From the NCBI GenBank assembly GCA_047285805.1, contig JBJBCN010000002.1, positions 480,001-544,000 on the forward strand: a DNA stretch of 64,000 nt, written 5' to 3'. This document shows, one piece after another, positions 51,126 through 62,205 of this stretch. The stretch comes from Synechococcus sp. Its GTDB lineage: Bacteria > Cyanobacteriota > Cyanobacteriia > PCC-6307 > Cyanobiaceae. The notes under the pieces were generated by a model. That model was not told the DNA's origin, made no database searches, and saw nothing but the letters and a program-made list of their open reading frames with translations. How positions within the stretch are numbered: the stretch's first letter is position 1; each line of letters begins with the position of its first letter. The position numbers and the translations under genes were made by a program.

Positions 51126-54100
51126 TTGGCCTTCGTCCCCCTCCACAACCACAGCGACTACAGCCTTCTGGATGGGGCCAGTCAGCTGCCGGCCATGGTG
51201 AAACGTGCTGAGGAGCTGGGCATGACTGCGATCGCCCTCACCGACCACGGCGTCATGTACGGCGCCATTGAGCTGTTGAAGCTCTGCCGGGGCAGCTCGG
51301 TGAAACCGATAATCGGCAATGAGATGTATGTCATCAATGGCTCCCTTGATGACCCCAACCCTCCAAAAAAAGAGCGCCGCTACCACCTGGTTGTCCTGGC
51401 CAAGAACGCTGTCGGCTATCGCAATTTGGTGAAGCTCACGAGCATCAGCCACCTGCGGGGTATGCGTGGTCGGGGCATTTTTTCCCGGGCTTGTATCGAT
51501 AAGTCAACCCTCGAGCGCTACAGCGAGGGTTTGATCATTGCCACCGCCTGCCTCGGCGGTGAAATCCCCCAGGCGATCCTGCGGGATCGCCCCGACGTCG
51601 CTCGCGACGTGGCCCGCTGGTACCAGGGGGTCTTCGGCGACGACTTCTACCTGGAGATCCAAGACCACGGCTCTCCGGAGGACCGGATCGTCAATGTGGA
51701 GATGGCAAAGATCTCCAAGGAATTGAGGATTCCGTTGGTGGTCACCAATGATGCCCACTACTTGACCAGTAATGACGCGGAGGCCCATGACGCGCTGCTC
51801 TGCGTCCTCACGGGCAAGTTGGTGACCGACGAAAAGCGTCTGCGCTACACGGGCACTGAATTCATCAAGAGCGAGCAGGAAATGCTCGGTCTCTTCGCCG
51901 ATCACCTGGACCCTGAGGTGGTGGCAGAAGCGGTTGCCAATACAGCACTGGTGGCCGAGAAGGTCGAGGACTACGACATCCTTGGCCGCTATCAAATGCC
52001 CCGTTTCCCGATCCCCGAGGGACACACACCGGTGAGCTACCTCCGGGAGGTCACCGAACAGGGTCTTCGGGCGCGCCTGGGGCTGCCCGAAGACAGTGGA
52101 TTTGACCCCATCTATGGCCAGCGGCTCGATTTCGAGCTGCAGGTCATGGAACAGATGGGGTTCCCCACCTACTTCTTGGTGGTCTGGGACTACATCCGTT
52201 TCGCTCGTGACAACGGCATTCCCGTGGGACCGGGCCGTGGTTCCGCCGCCGGCTCACTGGTGGCCTACGCCCTGGGTATCACAAACATTGATCCGGTCAC
52301 GAACGGATTGCTGTTCGAGCGCTTCTTGAACCCCGAGCGCAAGTCGATGCCTGATATCGACACGGACTTTTGCATCGAGCGCCGTGGCGAGGTGATTGAC
52401 TACGTCACGGAGCGCTACGGCGAAGACAAGGTCGCTCAGATCATCACCTTCAACCGGATGACCTCGAAGGCGGTGCTTAAGGATGTGGCCCGTGTGCTCG
52501 ACATCCCCTATGGCGATGCGGATCGTCTCGCCAAGTTGATCCCGGTGGTGCGCGGCAAACCCGCCAAGCTCAAAGAAATGATCGGCGAGGAATCACCAGC
52601 CCCTGAGTTCCGCGAGAAATATCTCGGCGATCCCGCGGTGAAGCGCTGGATCGACATGGCGATGCGCATTGAGGGGACCAACAAGACCTTCGGTGTACAT
52701 GCCGCTGGTGTCGTCATCGCGGCGGATCCCCTCGATGAAGTGGTGCCGTTGCAGCGCAACAACGACGGCCAGGTGATCACCCAGTACTTCATGGAAGACG
52801 TGGAGTCCATGGGCCTGCTGAAGATGGACTTCCTGGGCCTTAAGAACCTCACGATGATCGATAAGACCGTCGATTTGGTTCAACAGAGTTCCGGCATCAG
52901 CATCGATACCGATGCTCTCCCACTTGATGATCCAGGCACCTTCGGTCTCCTAGCCCGCGGCGATCTTGAAGGCATCTTCCAGTTGGAATCCAGTGGGATG
53001 CGCCAGATCGTGCGTGATCTCAAACCGTCTTCCCTGGAGGACATCTCATCCATCCTGGCCCTCTACCGACCCGGTCCCCTCGATGCGGGTTTGATTCCGA
53101 AATTCATCAACCGCAAGCACGGCCGCGAGGCGATCGATTTCGCCGACGCCAAGTTGGAGCCGATATTGCAGGAGACCTACGGGATCATGGTCTACCAAGA
53201 GCAGATCATGAAGATCGCTCAGGATTTGGCGGGCTATTCCCTGGGTGAGGCGGACTTGCTGCGCCGGGCCATGGGTAAGAAAAAGGTCTCGGAGATGCAG
53301 AAGCACCGAGACATCTTTGTGAAGGGCGCGAGTGAGCGTGGCGTCGACGCCAAGATCGCCGACGAGCTCTTCGATCAGATGGTGCTCTTCGCTGAGTACT
53401 GCTTCAACAAGAGCCATTCCACCGCCTACGGCGCGGTGACCTATCAGACCGCTTACCTCAAGGCGCACTACCCAGTGGCTTACATGGCGGCGCTGCTCAC
53501 GGTGAATGCCGGCAGCACCGACAAGATCCAGCGCTACATCTCCAATTGCAATGCGATGGGGATTGAGGTCATGCCCCCTGATGTGAATGCCTCGGGCATT
53601 GACTTCACCCCTGTCGGTGATCGCATCCTGTTTGGCCTTTCGGCGGTTCGAAACCTTGGCGAGGGGGCGATTCGTGTCCTTCTGGAGACCCGCGCTACCG
53701 ATGGTTCTTTTAAGTCACTCGCAGATCTCTGTGATCGAATCCCCGGCGCCACCTTGAACCGTCGCTCCTTGGAAGCGCTGATCCACTGCGGTGCTATGGA
53801 TGCCCTTGAACCCGAGGCCAACCGGGCTCAACTGATGGCGGACCTGGATCTGATTATCGACTGGGCTTCCTCCAGGGCCCGTGACCGGGAGAGCGGGCAG
53901 GGCAACCTGTTCGATCTGTTTGCGAGGTCGGCGGACGATTCAAACGATGCGACGCCCGTGGCTGGAGGCGATCTCAGTACGGCCCCGAAGGCGGCGCCGG
54001 TGAAGGATTACCCCCCGACTGAGAAGCTGCGGCTCGAGAAGGAATTGGTCGGCTTCTACCTCTCGGATCACCCGCTCAAGCAGCTCACCCGCCCTGTACA

Positions 54101-54665
54101 GCTGCTTTCACCGGTGGGCCTCGGTGGCCTCGAGGAGCAAGCCGATAAGGCGCGAGTCAGCGTGGTGGGCATGGTCTCCGGCCTACGACCGGTGACCACC
54201 CGCAAAGGGGATCGTATGGCGGTCCTTCAGCTAGAGGATCTAAGTGGCAGTTGTGAGGCCGTGGTCTTCCCGAAGACCTACGCCCGCCTTTCGGATCACC
54301 TGGTGGTGGATTCCCGTCTTTTGATTTGGGCTTCAGTCGACCGGCGTGACGAGCAGGTGCAGTTGATCGTTGATGACTGCCGCGTCATCGACGAGCTGCG
54401 CTTCCTCGTGGTCGAACTGGATGGCCAACAGGCCAGTGACATTGCCATCCAGCACAAACTGCGGGAATGCTTAAACCAGCACCGCACCGAAAAAGACGAG
54501 GGCGGTATTCGCGTTCCCGTGGTGGCCATGGTCAAGGACCAGCGCCAGGTGCGTTATGTGCGGCTGGGCCACCAGTTCTGCGTCCGTGACAGCCGTGCCG
54601 CTTTGAGCAGCCTGGAGGCCCAGGCCTTCCGGGCCCGTCTCAGCTCGACGCTGGTGGGCGCTTAA
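51126..54665 (+). CDS. dnaE: DNA polymerase III alpha subunit (contiguous, no intein)
   Basis: PHP motif [37 protein letters not shown]. Confidence 0.98.
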   Translation: MAFVPLHNHSDYSLLDGASQLPAMVKRAEELGMTAIALTDHGVMYGAIELLKLCRGSSVKPIIGNEMYVINGSLDDPNPPKKERRYHLVVLAKNAVGYRNLVKLTSISHLRGMRGRGIFSRACIDKSTLERYSEGLIIATACLGGEIPQAILRDRPDVARDVARWYQGVFGDDFYLEIQDHGSPEDRIVNVEMAKISKELRIPLVVTNDAHYLTSNDAEAHDALLCVLTGKLVTDEKRLRYTGTEFIKSEQEMLGLFADHLDPEVVAEAVANTALVAEKVEDYDILGRYQMPRFPIPEGHTPVSYLREVTEQGLRARLGLPEDSGFDPIYGQRLDFELQVMEQMGFPTYFLVVWDYIRFARDNGIPVGPGRGSAAGSLVAYALGITNIDPVTNGLLFERFLNPERKSMPDIDTDFCIERRGEVIDYVTERYGEDKVAQIITFNRMTSKAVLKDVARVLDIPYGDADRLAKLIPVVRGKPAKLKEMIGEESPAPEFREKYLGDPAVKRWIDMAMRIEGTNKTFGVHAAGVVIAADPLDEVVPLQRNNDGQVITQYFMEDVESMGLLKMDFLGLKNLTMIDKTVDLVQQSSGISIDTDALPLDDPGTFGLLARGDLEGIFQLESSGMRQIVRDLKPSSLEDISSILALYRPGPLDAGLIPKFINRKHGREAIDFADAKLEPILQETYGIMVYQEQIMKIAQDLAGYSLGEADLLRRAMGKKKVSEMQKHRDIFVKGASERGVDAKIADELFDQMVLFAEYCFNKSHSTAYGAVTYQTAYLKAHYPVAYMAALLTVNAGSTDKIQRYISNCNAMGIEVMPPDVNASGIDFTPVGDRILFGLSAVRNLGEGAIRVLLETRATDGSFKSLADLCDRIPGATLNRRSLEALIHCGAMDALEPEANRAQLMADLDLIIDWASSRARDRESGQGNLFDLFARSADDSNDATPVAGGDLSTAPKAAPVKDYPPTEKLRLEKELVGFYLSDHPLKQLTRPVQLLSPVGLGGLEEQADKARVSVVGMVSGLRPVTTRKGDRMAVLQLEDLSGSCEAVVFPKTYARLSDHLVVDSRLLIWASVDRRDEQVQLIVDDCRVIDELRFLVVELDGQQASDIAIQHKLRECLNQHRTEKDEGGIRVPVVAMVKDQRQVRYVRLGHQFCVRDSRAALSSLEAQAFRARLSSTLVGA

Positions 54666-55071
54666 GGGAGCTGCGGAGGCGTGTGATGTTAACGCCCAGT
54701 TGCTCGAACCCCAGCAGGCTGCCTGCAGTGGATTCCCAACTGGCTGACAAGACCCCGTAGCTCAATCCGACCAGGCCAAGCAGGAAAAACCCCCCAGACG
54801 TCACCAGCGTGGCGCTCGGGGGGATGTCCATCAGTCCACGGCTGACAACCAAGTAGCTCACGATGAAGGTGGCCATGCCCATCACTGTGGGTAGACCGGT
54901 CGCGATGGCCACACGCCGGGCCATGCGATTGGCCACGGCGGGTGGAATTGCTTGTGGGTGGTTCGGCTTGGTACGACCTTTGGTCGTTTTGGATTGGCTA
55001 GAGGGGACGCTTGGAGCAAGTCCTCCGCTGCTCTTCAGAGGACGGGAGCGGTTTTTCCCCTCTTTTGCCAT
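54640..55071 (-). CDS. pam68: PAM68 family PSII assembly protein
   Basis: [26 protein letters not shown]. Confidence 0.88.
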   Translation of the reverse strand: MAKEGKNRSRPLKSSGGLAPSVPSSQSKTTKGRTKPNHPQAIPPAVANRMARRVAIATGLPTVMGMATFIVSYLVVSRGLMDIPPSATLVTSGGFFLLGLVGLSYGVLSASWESTAGSLLGFEQLGVNITRLRSSLKRPPASS

Positions 55072-55072
55072 C

Positions 55073-55342
55073 TCAGCCGCGGATGCCCAGCTTTTGGATC
55101 AGGTCGGTATAGCGCTTCTCGCTGTTGCTGCGCAGGTAGCTGAGGAGGCGCTTGCGGCGACCGATCATCTTCAGCAGACCCTGGCGGGACGAGAAGTCAT
55201 GGATGTTGCCTTGCAGGTGACCACTCAGATTGCTGATGCGCTCGCTCAGCATCGCCACCTGAACTTCCACGGAACCGGTGTCGGTGCCATGGGTCTGGTG
55301 AGCGTTGATTAGTTCCTGTTTCTTGGTGGTGTCGAGCGACAT
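55073..55342 (-). CDS. rpsO: 30S ribosomal protein S15
   Basis: [32 protein letters not shown]. Confidence 0.98.
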   Translation of the reverse strand: MSLDTTKKQELINAHQTHGTDTGSVEVQVAMLSERISNLSGHLQGNIHDFSSRQGLLKMIGRRKRLLSYLRSNSEKRYTDLIQKLGIRG

Positions 55343-55405
55343 GCGCGGCGTCTGGCCCTGACGGTGCAAACAACCAACTTACTGCCCCGAGGGGACCGTC
55401 TCTCC

Positions 55406-56059
55406 TCAGGCCGCATCGCGGGAGAGGTAGCGCAGGCTCTCCCGCAGCCAGGCATCGCCGTCCTCGCCCAAATCTTGGCTCTGCAGGCTGAGGGCCCGCA
55501 GGGCTCGGTTGATCTCCAGCGCCTCGTAGCCCAGGGCCGCCAGGGTCAGCTGCACCTCCTCTCGGACCTCTTCCGCTGGAGAGTCTCCGGCCTCCGCGTT
55601 CTGCAGGTCATCGGCTGCGCTCAACTGCAGGCTCTCGCCGTAGCGCGCCTGCAGCCGAGTCCGCAATTCCACGGAGAGGCGCTCGGCAGTGCGTTTGCCC
55701 ACCCCGGGTGCCTGGCAGAGCTGACGGAGATCGGCCTGCACGATCGCGCTAACCAGCTCTTCGCAACTCAGCTGGCCTAGTAGGCCCAGGGCCATCTGCG
55801 GTCCAACGCCGCTGACGGCCACCAGTTCGCGGAACAGATCCCGCTCATGGCGCGCACAGAACCCGTACAGCGTCCAGCTGTCCTCCCGTATGACCTGGTG
55901 CACATGCAGGGATGTCTCGCTGCCATCACCGCCGAGCTGATCCCAGTGCCGACGGGGCATCTGTACTTCGTAGCCCACTCCTGAACAGACCAGCAGAACG
56001 CCGAATCGGTTGTTCAGATGCCAGCGATCGGCGAGTTGCCCTTGCAGCCAGCCGATCAT
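55406..56059 (-). CDS. ruvA: Holliday junction DNA-binding protein RuvA
   Basis: MIGWLQG, GVGYEV, LYGF, VSGVGP, PGVGKRTAERL. Confidence 0.96.
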   Translation of the reverse strand: MIGWLQGQLADRWHLNNRFGVLLVCSGVGYEVQMPRRHWDQLGGDGSETSLHVHQVIREDSWTLYGFCARHERDLFRELVAVSGVGPQMALGLLGQLSCEELVSAIVQADLRQLCQAPGVGKRTAERLSVELRTRLQARYGESLQLSAADDLQNAEAGDSPAEEVREEVQLTLAALGYEALEINRALRALSLQSQDLGEDGDAWLRESLRYLSRDAA

Positions 56060-56081
56060 GGGGAGACGCTTACTGCTCTCC

Positions 56082-56561
56082 ATGCTGCCCGGTCTGACCA
56101 CCCAGGCTGATCGCCTTGCACCACTTTCCCGCCTGTTGAGTTGGGCGCTGGCCCTTATCTTGGCTGCGGTCTTAGCCCTGGGGATGGGTGGTTGTGTGGG
56201 TTCCGGCCAACCGCCCCAGAAGGTCTTGCTCTCGGCGTTGGCCCTTCAAATCGACTTGACCCAGCGCTCTATTGCCGATGCCCTGACCTTGGATGCTGCG
56301 GGGCCGCCGCAGGTCAGTCGCGTTCGAGTGGAGTCCCAGGAGAGCTACCCCATTGGAGGGGGAAAAGGCATTCACCTACGCGGTCGCTTTGATTGGCGCC
56401 TGGCTGGTGATCCCATCCGCGTCGACAGCGTTTTCGATCTCTACCTGCAGCGGGGTGAGCGTGGCCAGAGTTGGCGCTTGGCACGACCCATCGGCAGTGA
56501 AGACGGCGCAACCCAGGACTGGCTGACCTATCCCCTTCCCCTGAAAGGCGAGCAGAGCTAA
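56082..56561 (+). CDS. hypothetical lipoprotein
   Basis: Lipobox-like LGMGGC after a hydrophobic stretch; FDLYLQRGERGQSWRLA. Confidence 0.7.
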   Translation: MLPGLTTQADRLAPLSRLLSWALALILAAVLALGMGGCVGSGQPPQKVLLSALALQIDLTQRSIADALTLDAAGPPQVSRVRVESQESYPIGGGKGIHLRGRFDWRLAGDPIRVDSVFDLYLQRGERGQSWRLARPIGSEDGATQDWLTYPLPLKGEQS

Positions 56562-57466
56562 GAGGCTTTGCTGCGTTCGGGCTTCAGGCTCAGGAGAGTC
56601 GCGGCCAGGACCAGGAGGGCGGCTGTTGTGGTGTCGGGATCCAGGGGTTCCTGAAACAGAAGCCAGCCCCAGAACGCCGCCAGAGGAACCTGGCCGTAGC
56701 TCATAGCCGTGGCCCGTGCTGCCGGCATCCCCAACAGCCCCTTGGTGATCCCGATCTGTCCGAGCTGGGTGAACAGACCCACTCCCACGAGGGCCAACAG
56801 TTCCCAGGCGCTGGGCCAAACCGGATCCAGCAGGACCAAGGGAGCGGTCAACAGCAACCCAACCAAGGGGAAGTAGAAGACAATGACCAGGGGGTTCTCC
56901 GTGCGCCCGAGGGCGCGAACACTGACATAGGCACAGGCTGCGAGAATTGCTCCGGCTAAGGCCAGGAGCACACCAGACCAGGGCAAGGGGTTGGCTTGGA
57001 CTCCGAGCCAGCCCCCGCCCAGGGGACCAAGCAGGCTCGCAAGCTCTCTCGGGTTGCTGAGAATCACGACCGCCGCCCAGCCCAACAGTGCCGCGATCCA
57101 CACCTTGGCCCCGACTCGTTCCTTCAGCAGCAACCAGGCCAGCAGCGCCGTGAAGGTCGGTTGGAGGTACTGCAGAACCGTTGCCGGTGCCAGGGGCAGT
57201 TGGGCAAGGGCTGCGAAGAAACAAAAAAGAGCACCCGTGCCAATCGCTCCGCGCAGGACCAGCAGTCCTTTGCGCTGACCCCAGGGATCGAGTCCCGCCT
57301 GCCGCAGCATCACCATGCTGAGTACGAGGCTGATGGCGGAGCGGGCCATAACGACCTCGGCCACCGGGATGCGCCCGCCCAATGCTTTCACGCAAACGCC
57401 CATCAGGCTGAAGCTCAGCGTGCTGGACAGCATCCACAGGCTGGCCCTGCCATCCTGGAGCGTCAC
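56558..57466 (-). CDS. DMT/EamA family transporter
   Basis: About 10 TM segments in two EamA-like repeats; start uncertain (57433 or 57466). Confidence 0.88.
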   Translation of the reverse strand: MTLQDGRASLWMLSSTLSFSLMGVCVKALGGRIPVAEVVMARSAISLVLSMVMLRQAGLDPWGQRKGLLVLRGAIGTGALFCFFAALAQLPLAPATVLQYLQPTFTALLAWLLLKERVGAKVWIAALLGWAAVVILSNPRELASLLGPLGGGWLGVQANPLPWSGVLLALAGAILAACAYVSVRALGRTENPLVIVFYFPLVGLLLTAPLVLLDPVWPSAWELLALVGVGLFTQLGQIGITKGLLGMPAARATAMSYGQVPLAAFWGWLLFQEPLDPDTTTAALLVLAATLLSLKPERSKAS

Positions 57467-57479
57467 TTGCGCCCGGAGC

Positions 57480-59582
57480 GTGTCAGTCCCTCGCCTCCAT
57501 CCCCGCACGATCGAGGCCGTTAAAGAGCGCGCTGACATCGTCGATGTGGTGGGTGAGCACGTTGTGCTCAAAAAGAAGGGCAGGGAATTCGTCGGGATTT
57601 GCCCCTTCCACGACGACAAATCACCGTCGATGACGGTTTCACCGGCCAAGCAGTTCTACTACTGCTTCTCCTGTGGAGCCGGCGGGAACTCGATCAAGTT
57701 TTTGATGGAGTTGCAGCGCCAGAGTTTCTCTGACGTGGTCCTGGAGCTGGCGCGCAAGTACCAGCTGCCGGTCGAGACCCTCGAGGGCCCGCAGCAGGAG
57801 CGCCTACGCCAGCAGCTGTCCCGTCGCGATCAGCTCCACAAGGCGCTCTCTTTGGCGGCCGGCTGGTTTCGCGCGCAACTACGCGCTACGGAGGGCGCCG
57901 CGGCCCTTGACTACCTGAAGCGCAGTCGTGGTCTGGATGAGGCCACCCTGGAGGGGTTCGATCTGGGGTACGCCCCGGAGCGTTGGGATGGTCTGTTGAG
58001 CCACCTTCAGCAGGTTGAGGGGTTGAGCCCGGAGCTTTTGGAGGCGGCAGGCCTGGTAGTTCCCCGCCGGGGAGGGGATGGTTTCTATGACCGTTTTCGC
58101 CATCGGGTGATGGTGCCGATTGCGGATCGCCAAGGACGGATTATTGGCTTCGGCGGCCGCAGCCTTGATGGCGGTGAGCCCAAGTACCTGAACTCTCCGG
58201 AGACGGAAGTCTTTGAGAAGGGCAAACATCTCTTTGGCCTTGACAAGGCGGTCAATGCGATTCGCAAGGCCGATCGTGCCGTCGTGGTCGAGGGCTACTT
58301 CGACGTCATCGCACTTCACGCGGCTGGCATCACCAATGCGGTGGCGGCCCTGGGCACGGCGCTAAGCAATCAGCAGATCACCCAGCTCTGCCGTTGCTGC
58401 GATGGCAAGCGCTTGATCCTGAATTTCGACGCTGATGGCGCCGGGGTTCGGGCCGCCCAACGGGCTATTGGCGAGGTGGAGCAGCTGGCCCTGCAGGGCC
58501 AGCTGGAACTGCGGGTGCTGCACCTCCCCAGCGGCAAGGACCCCGACGACTTTCTGAAGGAGCACGGAGCAGCGGATTACCGCTCCCTGCTCGATCAATC
58601 CCCCCTTTGGCTCGATTGGCAGATCGACCAGGTCCTGCACGACTGCGATCTCAGCAAGGCCGATCAGTTCCAAAAGGCGGTGACCGAGCTGGTGGCCCTC
58701 TTGGGCAAGCTGCCGGCCAGTGCCGTTCGCTCCCGTTACCTCCAGCAGGTGGCCGAACGGCTCAGCGGCGGCCAGGCCCGGCTGGCACTGCAGTTGGAGG
58801 ACGACCTGCGCCAGCAGGTCAAAGGGCAGCGCTGGCATGGTCGCTCTCGCCGTTGGGAGCAGCCCGGTGAGGCCGGCCTGCGGGAGCGGGCTGAAGCCGA
58901 GGTCCTGCGTCTCTATCTTCATTGCCCGACCTATCGCGGTCCGATTCGCAGCGAGCTGCGGCGCCGCGAGCTCGATGACTTCGCCATTGCCCACCACCGG
59001 CAGCTTTGGGCCGTGATCAGTTCGCTGGAGGAGGACAACCTGGGGGGCGGACGCCTGGAGGCGATCAACCGCGGTAGTGAGGCCGGTGCGGAGCTGGCCG
59101 ACCTGGATCTACCACGCCTGCTCAGTGATCAGCTACTGCTGGTCGACGATCCCGACTCAGGCCTGCCCACCGAACTGCTTGGACGTTTGACCCCACTGCT
59201 GGAGCCTAGTGACGTTCAACGCCTCTCCCTGAGCAACCCCTCCCTGCAACTGCGGGGAGCCACCGCGGCATTGGAGCGCCAGCGCAGCATGAAGCGGGCT
59301 CGTCACCTGCTGGACGCTTGGAGCAGCCAGCGGCTGGAGACCCTGGAGCGCTGCATTGCGCGGCTGCTGGATGACTCCCAGGCACCGCCCGCTGAGGCGG
59401 AGGCCGAGAGCCTTGACATGGAAACCCGCATCGAGGCGATGTTTGTCGAGCTCAATAGCGATGCCCTGCGCTTTCAGGACCTCTACTACAACGAGCGCAA
59501 ACACATCGAACACCTCGATTCCCAACGGCGCGCCACCTTTGAAGACGTCGTTGCCGAGTCCCAGGATGCTCAGCAGGCCTAG
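57480..59582 (+). CDS. dnaG: DNA primase
   Basis: CPFHDDKSPS, CFSCG, KYLNSPET, VEGYFDV, FDADGAG, KDPD. Confidence 0.98.
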   Translation: MSVPRLHPRTIEAVKERADIVDVVGEHVVLKKKGREFVGICPFHDDKSPSMTVSPAKQFYYCFSCGAGGNSIKFLMELQRQSFSDVVLELARKYQLPVETLEGPQQERLRQQLSRRDQLHKALSLAAGWFRAQLRATEGAAALDYLKRSRGLDEATLEGFDLGYAPERWDGLLSHLQQVEGLSPELLEAAGLVVPRRGGDGFYDRFRHRVMVPIADRQGRIIGFGGRSLDGGEPKYLNSPETEVFEKGKHLFGLDKAVNAIRKADRAVVVEGYFDVIALHAAGITNAVAALGTALSNQQITQLCRCCDGKRLILNFDADGAGVRAAQRAIGEVEQLALQGQLELRVLHLPSGKDPDDFLKEHGAADYRSLLDQSPLWLDWQIDQVLHDCDLSKADQFQKAVTELVALLGKLPASAVRSRYLQQVAERLSGGQARLALQLEDDLRQQVKGQRWHGRSRRWEQPGEAGLRERAEAEVLRLYLHCPTYRGPIRSELRRRELDDFAIAHHRQLWAVISSLEEDNLGGGRLEAINRGSEAGAELADLDLPRLLSDQLLLVDDPDSGLPTELLGRLTPLLEPSDVQRLSLSNPSLQLRGATAALERQRSMKRARHLLDAWSSQRLETLERCIARLLDDSQAPPAEAEAESLDMETRIEAMFVELNSDALRFQDLYYNERKHIEHLDSQRRATFEDVVAESQDAQQA

Positions 59583-59703
59583 GGCCGAATCTCCTTTCCC
59601 TACAGCTCTGTTTTTTTCCTGCTCAGCGTCGCTATTACAAGTCTGAAGCTCTCCGGTCTCTTCCCTGACTGACCTCCGTTCGCTCGCGTCTCGCGCCGCC
59701 GGT

Positions 59704-59958
59704 GTGGCTGTTCTCAGCGGGAGCACCCTGTTCGCTGCCCCATCTGTTTCGGCGCAGAGCATGGTCGTTCAGATCATTCAGAACCAGTGCTCCAGGGCGA
59801 TGAATGCGGACTTCAAGGCCGCGGGTAAAACCCCGCCGTCCGGCATGGTTCAAGACACCTGCAACTGCGTCGCCGAGCGCATCGAGAAGCTTGACTCCAT
59901 CGAGGAGGCAAAAACCTTCTGCGTCAAGCAGAGCACAGCGAAATACGGTGCTGTTTAG
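59704..59958 (+). CDS. small secreted protein with four Cys
   Basis: Signal-like N-terminus; C...TCNCV...C; may start at CTG 59665. Confidence 0.65.
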   Translation: MAVLSGSTLFAAPSVSAQSMVVQIIQNQCSRAMNADFKAAGKTPPSGMVQDTCNCVAERIEKLDSIEEAKTFCVKQSTAKYGAV

Positions 59959-59964
59959 GTCTTC

Positions 59965-61242
59965 TTATCGCGCCCAGACGGTGGGGAGGTCGCTCAGTCG
60001 GGTGGTGGCGGCCCGCGAGAGTTGCTCCCGCCGCATTAACCACGCTGGCTGGAGCCCGCAGGCGGCCCACTGAACCGTCCCGCTGCCGTAGCGACGGTTC
60101 AGTTGATCGATGCTGGCCATGAGGGCCTCCCGGCGCTGCTGCTCGACCTGGCTGAGGGGTTGCAGGAGGTGGTGCTGAAGCTGACTCTCCGGTTGCAGGT
60201 CCTGCAGCAGGATTCCGGCCTTGGCAAAGCGTTTGTAGGGTCGATAAAGGCTGGGAACCATCTGGCAGGCCGCCCGCAGCAGGACGCCGGTGTCGTTGCT
60301 GGCCAGGGGAAGGCTGAGGCTGGCGGCTTGGCTGTAGAAGCCGGGGGCGAAGGGACTGGTGCGGGCAAACACCGTGAGCCGTCCAGCCCGTTGCCGTTGC
60401 CGCCGTAACTTCTCCGCGCCGCGGCTGATGTAGCTGGCGACGGCTTGGCGCAGCTCTTCTTCGGTGGTGACGGGGCGGCTGAAGCTGCGGCTCACGCAGG
60501 TCTCCTGCTTCTCTCCGGCTTGCTGCTCCAGGGGCAGGCAGCTGATGCCCTGCAGTTCCAGTTGCAGGCGGAGGCCCACCACCCCGGCTTTAGCCCGCAG
60601 TTCTCCGCTGGGCATGTCCCGCAGTTGCTGCGCCGTACTGATACCCCGCAGCCGGCACCAGCGGCTCAGGCGCCGGCCGACACCCCAGAGTTCCTCCACT
60701 GGGGTTCGCTCCAGCCAGCTCGTAGTCTCCCCGGGGATGCTGAGGTCAAACACCCCTGCGTGTTGCCGATCCCCCTTGGCGATGTGGTTCGCCACTTTGG
60801 CCAGCACTTTGCTGGTGGAGAGTCCGATGGCAATGGGCAGGCCCAGGTTGTGGCGGATCCGGCCGCGCAGGGCTGTGGCCCAGGGAATGAGGTCGCCGTT
60901 GTTCGGTCTAGGCAGACGGATGAAGGCTTCATCGATGGAATAGACCTCCAGCTCGGCGACGAAGGGCTCCAGGCTGCTCATCAGCCGATTGCTCATGTCG
61001 CCATAGAGCGCGTAGTTGGAGCTGCGTACGACCACGCTGTGCCGTTGGAGGTGGTCGGCGATCTGGAAGTAGGGCTTGCCCATGCCGATGCCGAGTTGTC
61101 GGGCCTCACTGCTGCGGGAGACCACGCAGCCGTCGTTGTTGGAGAGAACCACGACGGGGCGGCCCAGCAGTGCTGGGTCGAAGGCCTGCTCACAGCTGGC
61201 ATAGAAGTTGTTGGCATCGATCAGCCCGAGGGCATCAGCCAT
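59965..61242 (-). CDS. umuC: Y-family DNA polymerase V catalytic subunit
   Basis: IDANNFYASCE, LSNNDGC, YSIDE, WGVG. Confidence 0.95.
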   Translation of the reverse strand: MADALGLIDANNFYASCEQAFDPALLGRPVVVLSNNDGCVVSRSSEARQLGIGMGKPYFQIADHLQRHSVVVRSSNYALYGDMSNRLMSSLEPFVAELEVYSIDEAFIRLPRPNNGDLIPWATALRGRIRHNLGLPIAIGLSTSKVLAKVANHIAKGDRQHAGVFDLSIPGETTSWLERTPVEELWGVGRRLSRWCRLRGISTAQQLRDMPSGELRAKAGVVGLRLQLELQGISCLPLEQQAGEKQETCVSRSFSRPVTTEEELRQAVASYISRGAEKLRRQRQRAGRLTVFARTSPFAPGFYSQAASLSLPLASNDTGVLLRAACQMVPSLYRPYKRFAKAGILLQDLQPESQLQHHLLQPLSQVEQQRREALMASIDQLNRRYGSGTVQWAACGLQPAWLMRREQLSRAATTRLSDLPTVWAR

Positions 61243-61714
61243 GGGCGGAGAGGCTATGAATGGCGTGGATCGCCACCCCCCAGATCTGGACGTCGCTGCA
61301 GTGGTGTAATTCGAGCGGGGGATAGGCGTTGTTGGCGGCCTCGAGCCGCAATCGGCCTTGGTGCCGGGCGAGGCGCTTCAAGGTGAAGGCGCCATCAAGC
61401 ACGGCTACGACGATCTGGCCCGGCCTGGCTTCGAGGCTGCGGTCCACGACCAGCAGATCACCGTGCTGGATTCCGGCGTCAACCATTGAATCGCCGCTCA
61501 CCCGCAGGAAGAAGGTGCTGTTGGGGTGGCGGATCAGGGTTTCGTTGAGGTCGATGCCGACATCCATGTAGTCATCGGCCGGACTGGGGAAGCCTGCCGC
61601 CACGGTGCTGGTGGCATGGGGCAGCCTCAGCTCCTGGGGCTCCTCCCGCGGTTGGCCCAAGAGTTGCGGCGGGCCGTCGGAGGACAGAGGGGCAGGCAAG
61701 GCCACGGGCACCAC
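61235..61714 (-). CDS. umuD: DNA polymerase V accessory subunit (S24 peptidase)
   Basis: AAGFPSPADDY, RVSGDSM, FTLKRL. Confidence 0.95.
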   Translation of the reverse strand: MVPVALPAPLSSDGPPQLLGQPREEPQELRLPHATSTVAAGFPSPADDYMDVGIDLNETLIRHPNSTFFLRVSGDSMVDAGIQHGDLLVVDRSLEARPGQIVVAVLDGAFTLKRLARHQGRLRLEAANNAYPPLELHHCSDVQIWGVAIHAIHSLSAHG

Positions 61715-61728
61715 AGAGACCTTTACGA

Positions 61729-61744
61729 TAGTCCATCTGTACTA
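61729..61744. promoter_or_regulatory. cyanobacterial LexA (SOS) box upstream of umuD
   Basis: Minus strand TAGTACAGATGGACTA, one mismatch from the AGTAC-N4-GTACT palindrome, 15 bp before the umuD start. Confidence 0.8.
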
Positions 61745-61755
61745 GTCGCGGATGT

Positions 61756-62193
61756 CTAGACCTCCTCGTCCCCCTCCAGAAGCAGTTGCTGGAAGGCCAC
61801 GTAGAGGTCCTGTTCCTCGCTGTTGGCGGGGTGGTGGCGCTGTTTATTGGGCCGCAGTTCCTGGGGTTTGCCTTGGGCTTGCAAGCCGCCGGTAAGGCGG
61901 TTGGTTTGGCTTTGGAGGGCCTGCAGTTGCTCCCGCTGGGCGGCCTGGCGCTTGCGTTCTTGATCGCTTTCGGCCTGGCGGAGGCGATCCATGAGATGGG
62001 GCGGCACCGTGCCGTCCTCGCTGGCCTTCATCAGCTCGCCAAAGAGGGCCTGGGGATCCGTTTCGGTCTCAACGCGATGGCGTTTGCCGGACGCCCCCTT
62101 GGTGTCCTCGTGGCGCTCTGCCTTGGGGAGAGGTTTTGGCAGGGAGCGGCCCAGTTCTTGGAGCCGCTCCAGGCTGCGGGCATCGAAGCTCAT
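61756..62193 (-). CDS. conserved hypothetical protein
   Basis: FDARSLERLQELGR.LP, H.VETE.DP..LF.ELM.AS.DG.VP.HL, LY.AF.QLLLE. Confidence 0.78.
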   Translation of the reverse strand: MSFDARSLERLQELGRSLPKPLPKAERHEDTKGASGKRHRVETETDPQALFGELMKASEDGTVPPHLMDRLRQAESDQERKRQAAQREQLQALQSQTNRLTGGLQAQGKPQELRPNKQRHHPANSEEQDLYVAFQQLLLEGDEEV

Positions 62194-62205
62194 GGTCGGA
62201 TGGCG

